From positions 1 to 64,000 of the IMG/VR virus record IMGVR_UViG_3300047554_000685: a stretch of DNA of 64,000 nt; one strand, given 5' to 3'. Origin of the DNA: a virus. The notes below the pieces were generated by a model. It did not search any database and had not been told where the DNA came from. It was given only the letters and a program-made list of their open reading frames with translations. Positions within the stretch are counted from its first letter, which is position 1. The number at the start of each line of letters is the position of its first letter. Positions 45,441-53,551 of the stretch are shown piece by piece. Position numbers and translations under genes: made by a program.

Positions 45441-47231
45441 TTACACGCCACCCCCGATTTTCGCGAGAGCGTCAGACGCAGACTTGCCGATTGAGAGCGC
45501 GATACTTTCGACTTCCATTCCGTCAAGGTGAACCGCGTGAGTTCCGCGCACAATCTCTTGCGCGCCGATTGAGTGGCACGCCTTTGGCGTAATGAACAGA
45601 ACAGCCACGCCAGCCAGTTCGCACTCTTTGATAATCCGCTTTGCGTTTTCGGTTTCTTTCGAAACATAGTTTCCGTCCGATACAACAACCAACAAACGCA
45701 CGCCGTCCGAGTAAGTCAGACCGAGCGCGCCATTGAGAGCCGAGAACCCCTTGTCAAAAACTTCGGTGCTATCTGGCGCAGACCAGACCGAAACTTCTTC
45801 CAATTTCTGCCCGACTTTGAGTGTCGCGAAAACATCTTCACCGAAATAGACCATAGCGGTTTTCGCCTGAACCCTACGACCAGCCTCGCTAAGAACCCAA
45901 GCAGTTGTCGCCATAGCGTCCATAGCCGAACCCATAGAACCACTAATGTCCACCATTACGCCAATGGTCAGCGTTGGGTCGTCAGTGTGTTTGCGCGACT
46001 TTGACTTCCAAGCAGGGAGTTCGCCACGCAATCCCATTGACTTCATAGCACTATTCTGAACAGCGTTGCGAGTGTTGAGTTTGCCAAGTGGCGCGTGAGT
46101 TTTGCGAATGTGAACTGAACGCTCACGATACTTCGCCTTGTCCAACATCTCAGCAATCTTGACAGCACTCGCGCGCTCACCAGATTTTGGCGCACGCTTT
46201 TCGCGAAGTGAAGAACGCGACTTAGTTCCAGTAGAACCCTCTTCGCGCTTTTCGAAAACGACCTCTGAAACTTTGCGCTCTTCGCTCTTCTTCTTACTCT
46301 GGTCAGCGCGACCCTTTGCCTCTTCTGCCCACTCTTCGCCAGTCTGTTGGTCAGTCAAGTCAATCGAAACAGCAATCGCAGTTCCACCAGCGTCCTCTTC
46401 CAAGTCCTCTTTGGTCGCGAGAACAAAAGCAATTCCAGCACCCTCGCCACTCTCGCCCTCTGGGTCAGCCTCGCGCAAAATCTCAACCCACTCGCGAGCC
46501 AAGTCAAGACCAGCGACAGTCGCGCCATTCGCGAGCGCGTGGAAACGCACCCAGACAGAACGCAACTTGTCAAACAACTCTTGACCAAGAACATCAAGCG
46601 CACGCTCATAAATCTTTTCGACATCTGCCAGACCAAGAACGCCAGCGTCCACGCGAGCGAGAGCAAGTCCAGCCATTTGCGCCATTACGCGAACCTCGCT
46701 CACCTTTGCCAATCCCTCTTCGTCAATCTCACCAAGAGCAAGACCAAGAGCAGACGCACGCAGGAAGAGCCTATTCTTTGGGTAAATCAAAACGCCAATG
46801 CGCTCAATGCGACTTTCTTCTAGCAACCAAAAAGCGTCAAGAACATTTTGGTTTCCAGCCTTATGCTCAACTTCGAAGAGCGAGTAATCCCACTTGTCAG
46901 AAGAGCGAGCGTGAAGAGCCTCGTGATAAATCACGCCAGTTGGTTCTGCCCAATCGTATTGAGTTTCGCGAAGTGTGAAGTCGCCAACCATTTCTGGCGT
47001 GGTCGCGTTTCCAAACGCACCAGCCAAGTTGATTTCGATTTCAGCAGTAGAGCCAATAAAGCAAGCAATCGCTTGACCCATACCAGCGTCCTCACCAGCA
47101 TAGACAGCCAAGTCATTACGACCAGCCCAATCATTCGCGACCTTGCCAATCTGGGCGCAGGTTGCCAACCATTCCGAGGGAGTGAAACTAGCGCGAGTTG
47201 CGAGGCGCGAGTTAGGTGTGAAGTGTGTCAT
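45441..47231 (-). CDS. VWA-domain protein with HExxH motif (CobT/MoxR partner-like)
   Basis: 'YHEALH', 'LEESRIE', MIDAS 'VDISGSM', 'VVVSDG'. Confidence 0.85.
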   Translation of the reverse strand: MTHFTPNSRLATRASFTPSEWLATCAQIGKVANDWAGRNDLAVYAGEDAGMGQAIACFIGSTAEIEINLAGAFGNATTPEMVGDFTLRETQYDWAEPTGVIYHEALHARSSDKWDYSLFEVEHKAGNQNVLDAFWLLEESRIERIGVLIYPKNRLFLRASALGLALGEIDEEGLAKVSEVRVMAQMAGLALARVDAGVLGLADVEKIYERALDVLGQELFDKLRSVWVRFHALANGATVAGLDLAREWVEILREADPEGESGEGAGIAFVLATKEDLEEDAGGTAIAVSIDLTDQQTGEEWAEEAKGRADQSKKKSEERKVSEVVFEKREEGSTGTKSRSSLREKRAPKSGERASAVKIAEMLDKAKYRERSVHIRKTHAPLGKLNTRNAVQNSAMKSMGLRGELPAWKSKSRKHTDDPTLTIGVMVDISGSMGSAMDAMATTAWVLSEAGRRVQAKTAMVYFGEDVFATLKVGQKLEEVSVWSAPDSTEVFDKGFSALNGALGLTYSDGVRLLVVVSDGNYVSKETENAKRIIKECELAGVAVLFITPKACHSIGAQEIVRGTHAVHLDGMEVESIALSIGKSASDALAKIGGGV

Positions 47232-47474
47232 TTCCAGTCCTTTCCAAAACTGATTACCTATCTAGGATAGCACTTTTCGATTGTCGCGCAACCCCCATTC
47301 GCAGAAAAAATCCAGTGATCCTGGCGCAGCTATTTCCGGCCATAAGTTCCCGGGAGCTTTTCCCGGGCAGTGATCGATCAGTGGCAAAGCTGCAGACGAT
47401 CGAAACGCACTATCCCCGAAAAAGCAAAAGTGCCAGATTTCTCTGGCACTTCGCTTTTCAGTTTCGGACGGAAA

Positions 47475-48491
47475 CTAAATCTTCGCAGGACGACATTCTT
47501 CACCAAAGACGCGAGTGAAAACATCTGCCACAACTGGGCGGTCAAGTTCTGGCGCACTCGCGAGCAAGTTTGAGATTGCGAACTTAGTTCCAAACACTTC
47601 GCTGATTGACTTGTATGCCAACAGTTCGCGCATTTGTGGCGACCAAGAAGTTTCGCCATTCGCTTGCTTTTTCGCGAGGTTCTGGGCAACTGAAACAGCA
47701 GACGCAGGAACGCCCAACTTCTTTGCCAATGCCCAGTCAGTAGTCATTTCTGCCTGAATGGAAAAGCGTGAGAGCAACGCCTCGCTTAGGCGAACTCCGG
47801 GCGCATTGGGGTTTGTCGCGCCAATCACATAAAAGCCGTCCTTTGCTTTTACAGTTCCGCGCTCTGGGTTCGCAGTGATTACGATTTCTTTGCGTCCGTC
47901 CATAAGACCATAGACAGCCGAAAGAACCTTTGGGTCAATCAGACCAATCTCGTCAATCAAAAGAACTTTGCCCTCTTCGGCAGACTTGACCAAAACGCCG
48001 TCCACCCATTCGAAAGCACCACTTGGAGTTTGGACATAGCCACCAATGAAGTCCGAAAGTTCGGTGTCGCCTGAACCCAAGATTGTGTAAAGTTCATCTG
48101 GGAACGCGCCCTCAACGAGAGCAGTTTTGCCAGTTCCGGGCGCACCATACAAAAGGACATACTGATTGTTTGAGCGTGCTTTGCGAAGAACCTCGACATC
48201 TGAATGGTCGCCCCAAGAGCGAGAGAAATAAAAGTCGCCATTCGGACGCTGATACTTCTCAGCACCCTCAATAGTTTCTACGCTCACAGTTGCCTTTGCC
48301 TTTGGTTTTGGAGTTCCAGTTCCAATCTTAGCGCGAAGATTTGCGCGTCCACTTTTCGGCATTAGCGAAGATAGACCAGCAGGAACTTTGGTTTCATCTT
48401 CACCCTGAACAGCAACGCCGAAAATTAGCGAGGTGAGTTCTGGGTAAATTGCGTCCACGACTTCTTCGTGGGTTTTGGTTTCGATAGTCAT
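47475..48491 (-). CDS. MoxR/CbbQ/CobS-type AAA+ ATPase
   Basis: 'GAPGTGKT', 'LLIDEI', 'ATNP', 'EALLSRF', 'QMREL'. Confidence 0.9.
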   Translation of the reverse strand: MTIETKTHEEVVDAIYPELTSLIFGVAVQGEDETKVPAGLSSLMPKSGRANLRAKIGTGTPKPKAKATVSVETIEGAEKYQRPNGDFYFSRSWGDHSDVEVLRKARSNNQYVLLYGAPGTGKTALVEGAFPDELYTILGSGDTELSDFIGGYVQTPSGAFEWVDGVLVKSAEEGKVLLIDEIGLIDPKVLSAVYGLMDGRKEIVITANPERGTVKAKDGFYVIGATNPNAPGVRLSEALLSRFSIQAEMTTDWALAKKLGVPASAVSVAQNLAKKQANGETSWSPQMRELLAYKSISEVFGTKFAISNLLASAPELDRPVVADVFTRVFGEECRPAKI

Positions 48492-48518
48492 TTTAGTTTT
48501 CCGTCCTTTTCGATTTCC

Positions 48519-49025
48519 CTAGTAAAGGTTTTCTGGGTAGCCAACTTCGGCGCGCGCTTTGGTAATTCGGCGCAACGCAGACGCAGGTGCTTTCCAAGCA
48601 CTAATGTCAGTGAAATCAACATCAGTTAGTTCGAACACGATTGGTCGTGGTCGTGGTGTAAATCCCTCTGGGAACATACGCGCAGTGATTTCGCTCGCAC
48701 GCGAACCAAGTTCGACAGCCTTGTCAATAGGCGACATAGCGTCAAACTCTTTCGGAGTGCGAACAAAGTTAGTGCGCCATTGAGCGCGAGGTGTGAAACT
48801 ACTAATGGTGCGATAGATAACAGCCATACTTACGACTTCGCCCTTTTCGTTTTTACCACTTGGGGTAATCAGAACTTGGGTGGTTCGTGCGTATGAGTTA
48901 GTTGCGTGCGCCTCTAAATAAATGCCCATTCCCATTAGGCGAGGCTTGTTGCTTACCTCTTCGTGCGAAGTGGCAAGTGCGTCAGCAATTTCGGAAGATA
49001 CTTCCCCGAATGTTGTTGGGTTCAC
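48519..49025 (-). CDS. hypothetical protein
   Basis: GTG start after GGAAAGG; upstream of AAA gene. Confidence 0.7.
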   Translation of the reverse strand: MNPTTFGEVSSEIADALATSHEEVSNKPRLMGMGIYLEAHATNSYARTTQVLITPSGKNEKGEVVSMAVIYRTISSFTPRAQWRTNFVRTPKEFDAMSPIDKAVELGSRASEITARMFPEGFTPRPRPIVFELTDVDFTDISAWKAPASALRRITKARAEVGYPENLY

Positions 49026-49153
49026 TTTCGTGCCTTTCCAATTAGTTGAGTGTCGTTTTCCCGACAAGAGCAACTTTACACGAAGTCGCGACAAAAGCGC
49101 AACTCTTCCAACAAAGATTTTTTATTTATTTTTCCCGGGCGATCGATCAGCAG

Positions 49154-49444
49154 CTAGTCGTCGTCGAGATCGTCGAAAGTTAGGGGATCAAGATCTTCGT
49201 CTAAGAAGGGGTTAGCAGGGGTCGAGCTAATCGCATCTTGGGCACAGTCCAAGCAAACTATCCACTGAGTACTTTCATCGAGTCCTATTAGATATGCATA
49301 GAAGGTGCCATTAGATTGGCCCACGTCTTCAGTGCAGCTGATGCATGCAATGTCAGCTAAATCCTCGGGGGTAACTAGTCCAGCCACTATGGCCATACCA
49401 GCATCGACTTCGTCTTCTATTAAGTGGAGTTCAATTGCTCTCAT
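49154..49444 (-). CDS. acidic zinc-finger-like hypothetical protein
   Basis: CxxC...CxxC. Confidence 0.6.
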   Translation of the reverse strand: MRAIELHLIEDEVDAGMAIVAGLVTPEDLADIACISCTEDVGQSNGTFYAYLIGLDESTQWIVCLDCAQDAISSTPANPFLDEDLDPLTFDDLDDD

Positions 49445-49579
49445 GAAATCTAATCGTACTGCAGTTAATAAATAGTGATTCGTGAGAAGTTCGTTGATGC
49501 CAAGCCGGCGATCGATCCGCTTAAAAGAAAACTTCCCACGAACGAATTCGTAGAAAGTTTCAGTGGATCCGTTAGCTAG

Positions 49580-50013
49580 TTACTTCCAACGCTCCACAAA
49601 CACGTGACCAGCACCGTTACCTTCTGGGTCCATCGACGGGATGAGTGCTTGCCCGTTATCAAGAAGAATGACGAATCCGACATCGTACGAGTCTTCCCAT
49701 CCCATGTCCGCGAGTTCGCTTGCCGTCAACGGACGCACGCCGACAATCTTGGCACCAACGATGGAACCGTATTCCGTCGCGATGTACTTCTTTGCATCAA
49801 ATTTAGTTTCCATTAGCTAATCACTTCCGTCATGGTTTCTGATTCTTCGACGTCATTGTCAAGGTCCGTGAAGTCAAACGGCTCGCCGTCATAATCACTC
49901 TCGTCTACATGCCCTTGGGACACGAAGTATTTGGCTAGCGCTTCATCGGCGCTAGTGGCGTAGACCGTAAAGGACTCGCCTGATAACACAGTGAATGGTT
50001 GTTTAGTAGTCAT
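49580..50013 (-). CDS. two small ORFs (49813-50013 leaderless; 49580-49813 'SMDPEGNGAG' family)
   Basis: TTGACA-17-TACGTT promoter; coupled ORFs. Confidence 0.7.
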
Positions 50014-50048
50014 ATCTATAACGTAGCATGCGCTTGCCGTTTTGTCAA

Positions 50049-50348
50049 CTACCGAGATGACCCGTTATCATTAAGCTTCTTACGAGGAGGCAAGATCTTC
50101 GTTAGAAGTTGGACCGGCGTGAGCTTCTCATCTCCAGGGATTGACCCGTATTTGTGAAGCAGCTTTAGAAGCAGGCCCGCAACAAACAAGTCATCACTGA
50201 ATGCCATCCATGGGAAGATGAGATCAAAAGGATCCACCGGCATCACAAGATATGCAATACATAAAGTCGCAATGACTTTAACCCACCAAGGTGTCCGTTT
50301 GAACTGCGCGACGTACTGACGCAGGCCGTCTTTAATTCTTTGTCGCAA
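50049..50348 (-). CDS. YkvA/DUF1232-like membrane protein
   Basis: 'IAYLVMPVDPFDLIFPWMAFSDDL'. Confidence 0.7.
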   Translation of the reverse strand: MRQRIKDGLRQYVAQFKRTPWWVKVIATLCIAYLVMPVDPFDLIFPWMAFSDDLFVAGLLLKLLHKYGSIPGDEKLTPVQLLTKILPPRKKLNDNGSSR

Positions 50349-51165
50349 GTAGAGAGCTCTTCTCTTTGAAGGTCCAAGCCGCTAAACGCTCTCCGTTTAA
50401 AGTTACTGCTGCAAGCTGCTTCTCGGCATCCGTGAGATCCTCCGCGAAGACAATAACTCGTTCGAAGTTAGAGCTCGCCGCTGAAGGTTTTACCTGGTAT
50501 TCAAATCCGTACATGATTCTTTCTTTCGTTAATAGTTTAGCTCATCCGTCTTGAGGCAAGCCGCGTTGAAAAAGTTGGGAAGTAGTTCAGAGGGACATCC
50601 GCGAAGTCCGCGGGCACCAACTTCCTACCAAGCCGTTCCTCGACACATCCGATGCAGAGCATTCCACGCCGTTTCTTGTAGATCGAGTCCCAGACCGTGT
50701 CCGTGAGCATGTAGTACTCATCGATGTGAAGTGTATTCTCACCGCAGTCCCTGCAGACAAACGGCTCACAGTCTACCTCACAGAAAGGCTCGCCGCAACT
50801 ACCAATCATTATTGGCGTCCGCGCCGAGTTCAGCGAGGATGTCCTTGATTTCGTTCTCGACCGATTCGGGCACGCCCGCTCCGTAGACAACCAAGGAGTC
50901 CAGCTCTGGACCTTCGTCATCGGACAGGTACCCAACAGGTACCGTACGCCCATCATTCAAAGTGACAACCGCCTGGTTAACCCAGCGCATAGCTTCCGAA
51001 GAAGTAACTTTTAATTTTCCCATGCAGTAACTGTAACACGGCGCTCGCCGAATGTCAAGTTAACTACTCAGGGTTTTCTCCACAGCCCCAGCAATGCCTG
51101 CAGATCTCTGCGTCTTCCTTGTTCCAACCAGTTCCATTGCACTGGCCACATGTCAAGCTGGCCAT
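50332..51165 (-). CDS. four small ORFs (51064-51165, 50799-51023, 50537-50809 Cys-rich 'YML.D.VW...LCIGCVE.RLGR.L', 50332-50514)
   Basis: ORF track; promoter TTGACA-17-TACAGT before 51023. Confidence 0.65.
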
Positions 51166-51863
51166 TAGTACTTCTTCGTCGTTTGGTACTTCAGATGCAT
51201 TGGGCTTGGTTGGTGGACAAAGCCCTCGGGCAGCTCGTGCTGCTTGATGAAACAAGGAAGAACATAGCGCAAAGGACCGGGCCCTGGAGGGTTGACGCCA
51301 TGGGGGTGAGTCTCTCCAGATGAGAACATCAACATCGAACCAGGCTTTGGTTTTAGCTCGAGGCCTTGCTCAGGGAAGATGACCTCGCCATACGTGTAGT
51401 CGTCGTTCAAGTAAACAACAGCTGCATATGCCACATGTGGGTCTACGTGGTTATCAACGTGGACCTTGAGGTCAGAGCCCTCGTATTGGCGCTGGATGGT
51501 GCCAGCTCCTGTGAAGTACAAATTTGGGTCATACGCGATGATGTTGTTGATTCCCTGGTTGACGCGACCAATAACTTCCGAATTAGGAAACATGATGTTC
51601 TTATCAGCCCAGTCGAAAGTGATCTCCATCTTGCCCTCCTTCTGAAGAGTTTCGATGTCGCGAGTTCCGAATTCCGCCTCTGCCTTATCGCGGAGGTGGT
51701 CCATGTAGTGGCCGAGCCAGTCTTCCTCCGTCAAAGTTTCAACGAACGCAAAGATTAATTCGATGTCCGCTGAGCTGAGGAAGTTCTTAACCTCCCACAC
51801 TTCAGAGGCTAGCTCCTCAACTTCGTACCCGGCTTGTTTAAAAGCTTCGACGTTAATTGGCAT
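51165..51863 (-). CDS. 2OG-Fe(II) oxygenase (prolyl-hydroxylase-like)
   Basis: 'HVD', 'VYLNDDY..GEVIFP', 'HGV', 'RY'. Confidence 0.9.
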   Translation of the reverse strand: MPINVEAFKQAGYEVEELASEVWEVKNFLSSADIELIFAFVETLTEEDWLGHYMDHLRDKAEAEFGTRDIETLQKEGKMEITFDWADKNIMFPNSEVIGRVNQGINNIIAYDPNLYFTGAGTIQRQYEGSDLKVHVDNHVDPHVAYAAVVYLNDDYTYGEVIFPEQGLELKPKPGSMLMFSSGETHPHGVNPPGPGPLRYVLPCFIKQHELPEGFVHQPSPMHLKYQTTKKY

Positions 51864-52515
51864 CCGTGTTCTCCTCGGTTGTTCGTTTGTTGATGAATGC
51901 GGGAAGTGCATATCGGGTGGGTCCAGCTTCTACTGGAAGCACGCCGTGCAAATAGTCATCCGCTGATGGAAAGATTATAAGATCCTTCGCAGCCGGCTTT
52001 ATCTTCACATCAATTCGTGGGAAGTGTAGCTCGCCGCCTTCGAAGTCCCCGTTCACGTACATGACAGCTGCATAAACAACTAACGGATTTGACTCACTGT
52101 CGATGTGATAGTTCAGTTGCACGCCTTCGTACTGTCTTTGGATGGAACCCGCGCCGCAAAGCTCGAGCTCCGGGAACTGAACAAAGATCGAAGCAAGCCG
52201 TTCGTTGATTGTTCCCATCAGATCCGGATCCTGGATAATCGCATTCTTGTCAACCCACTCGCCGTCGATGTTAATCCGGTGACCTAGGGCCTGAGCCTCT
52301 TCAAAAGTTTTAACCCCGTACTGATCCTCGATGAATCGGTACAAGCTTTCAGTGTAAGAGACTCGCCAGTCTTCTTCGTTCATTGTTGAGAACTGTAGCT
52401 TCAGCTTGCTGACTTCATCCTCTGTGAGGAAGTTACGTACAACAAAGATCCCTGGGTAAATCTCTTCTGCATGCAGGCCTGCAGTTTCAAAATGATTAAG
52501 CGCTAGATCGGTCAT
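51853..52515 (-). CDS. 2OG-Fe(II) oxygenase, tandem paralog
   Basis: 'HID', 'YVNGDFEGGELHFP', 'HGV', 'RY'. Confidence 0.9.
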   Translation of the reverse strand: MTDLALNHFETAGLHAEEIYPGIFVVRNFLTEDEVSKLKLQFSTMNEEDWRVSYTESLYRFIEDQYGVKTFEEAQALGHRINIDGEWVDKNAIIQDPDLMGTINERLASIFVQFPELELCGAGSIQRQYEGVQLNYHIDSESNPLVVYAAVMYVNGDFEGGELHFPRIDVKIKPAAKDLIIFPSADDYLHGVLPVEAGPTRYALPAFINKRTTEENTDAN

Positions 52516-52533
52516 GAGTGAATTATATCTCAT

Positions 52534-53367
52534 TTACTCGGAGACCGTGAACAATCCGGTTTCTTTTGATAGACGTTGCAACGTTGGAAGATCTGGCATT
52601 CCGGATGCATCTGATCCAACTCGGCCGATCGTCCGTTGGAAGTTAGCGAAGGCGGAAGCTGTAGCTGCATCCCACTTCCCGCGGTCAGCTCCTTTGAGGT
52701 CCGTTACAAGTGAGAGCGCTAGCTGAACCCGTTCGATATCCGTGTTCTTGGTACGGGCAGCTAATAACTTAGGAAGACGGATCTCCTTAGGTGAGCTCGC
52801 CGCTTCGTTAATTGTTTGAAGCTCGACTCGATCCGGAGCTCCCCCAGTTAACTTCTGAACAAGCTTCGTGAGAAGATGCAGGCCGCTCATCCCTGGTGTA
52901 ACCGGCCGGCAAAACAAAACAACTTCGTTTAAAGATCGGATCCGTTGATGCACGCCGTTCTTGTTTTGGTAGACGCCCGTCCCGGTGGTGTCCCCCTCGA
53001 TCGCGAGGAACTCACCAGTTCGTTTGAAGTTACGCGTGTCAGCTACGATCCCGCAGTGTGGGGAAGAGAACGCGCTCGCCGTGTTACTGGAGAATGCATA
53101 TACCGCGATGTCACCGGCTCGAGGTGTTCGTGAGATGTTCCCCGTACGTACGCAGGCCGCTAGTCCCGCGGGCACATAAGTGAAAGATGGTAGATGCAGG
53201 CCGGACTCGCGGGCAACAACATCAATGAAGGCACCCGCCCAAGGCTGAGCGTCGTAGCCAACCCGCTGGCCAAAGACGTTACGTCCGAGGAGCTCGGAGG
53301 TGTACCCGTTGTACTTCCTCGCCGTCGCAATGAACGCGCTTATTAAAGCTTTATTAGATCTGGTCAC
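52534..53367 (-). CDS. CHAP-like amidase + peptidoglycan-binding domain, catalytic Cys apparently lost
   Basis: 'QPWAGAF', 'PRAGDI', 'HCGIV', 'IEGDT'; C-term 'VQLAL...G.WD.AT..A...FQR'. Confidence 0.65.
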   Translation of the reverse strand: MTRSNKALISAFIATARKYNGYTSELLGRNVFGQRVGYDAQPWAGAFIDVVARESGLHLPSFTYVPAGLAACVRTGNISRTPRAGDIAVYAFSSNTASAFSSPHCGIVADTRNFKRTGEFLAIEGDTTGTGVYQNKNGVHQRIRSLNEVVLFCRPVTPGMSGLHLLTKLVQKLTGGAPDRVELQTINEAASSPKEIRLPKLLAARTKNTDIERVQLALSLVTDLKGADRGKWDAATASAFANFQRTIGRVGSDASGMPDLPTLQRLSKETGLFTVSE

Positions 53368-53551
53368 CCGTTGAGTCTAACACAGTAGACGCGTCGAAGA
53401 AAGATTCAAGATCCGTTAGAAGGTTCGCAGCTTCTTGAGTCAACGTTGTGATCCGTATGTGCTCGATCCGTGTATGTGCGTTTGCAATGTCCGCTTTAAG
53501 GTTCCCGTACAGAGCGCGTGCCGCTTCGAGGATCTCTCCCTGAGTCTTCAT
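53354..53551 (-). CDS. hypothetical protein
   Basis: Coupled to neighbours. Confidence 0.6.
   Translation of the reverse strand: MKTQGEILEAARALYGNLKADIANAHTRIEHIRITTLTQEAANLLTDLESFFDASTVLDSTGDQI

Larger units (their letters stand above)
32820..46539 (+). repeat. dispersed 11-bp motif CCGCGAGCGCG (13 exact copies, same orientation)
   Basis: 32820, 32995, 33710, 34255, 34569, 35470, 35495, 36492, 36797, 37557, 37627, 38459, 42682; variant at 46529. Confidence 0.9.
32680..49570 (-). other. array of ~20 autonomous early transcription cassettes separated by restriction-site-dense spacers
   Basis: Repeated TTGACA/TTGACT/TTGCG-16/17-TANNNT promoters (e.g. 33233-33260, 33628-33655, 34140-34168), GAAAGGGAA RBS, hairpin + U-tract terminators (e.g. 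32902-36, 33298-333, 33740-77, 34581-615, 39157-87, 41172-206, 42730-68, 47418-58). Confidence 0.85.

Noticed and set aside
45404-48274. Overlapping alternative ORFs across VWA/AAA genes
   Set aside because: By-product of codon bias in these genes; only the VWA and AAA frames have motifs.
45441-48491. Cobalamin biosynthesis (cobS/cobT) assignment
   Set aside because: Generic MoxR-type AAA + VWA pair common in phages; no cobN or other cob genes.
32680-49570. CRISPR array or integron attC cassette array
   Set aside because: Repeats are short, irregularly spaced words, not constant repeat-spacer units; no GTTRRRY/RYYYAAC attC structure, cas or integrase gene seen.
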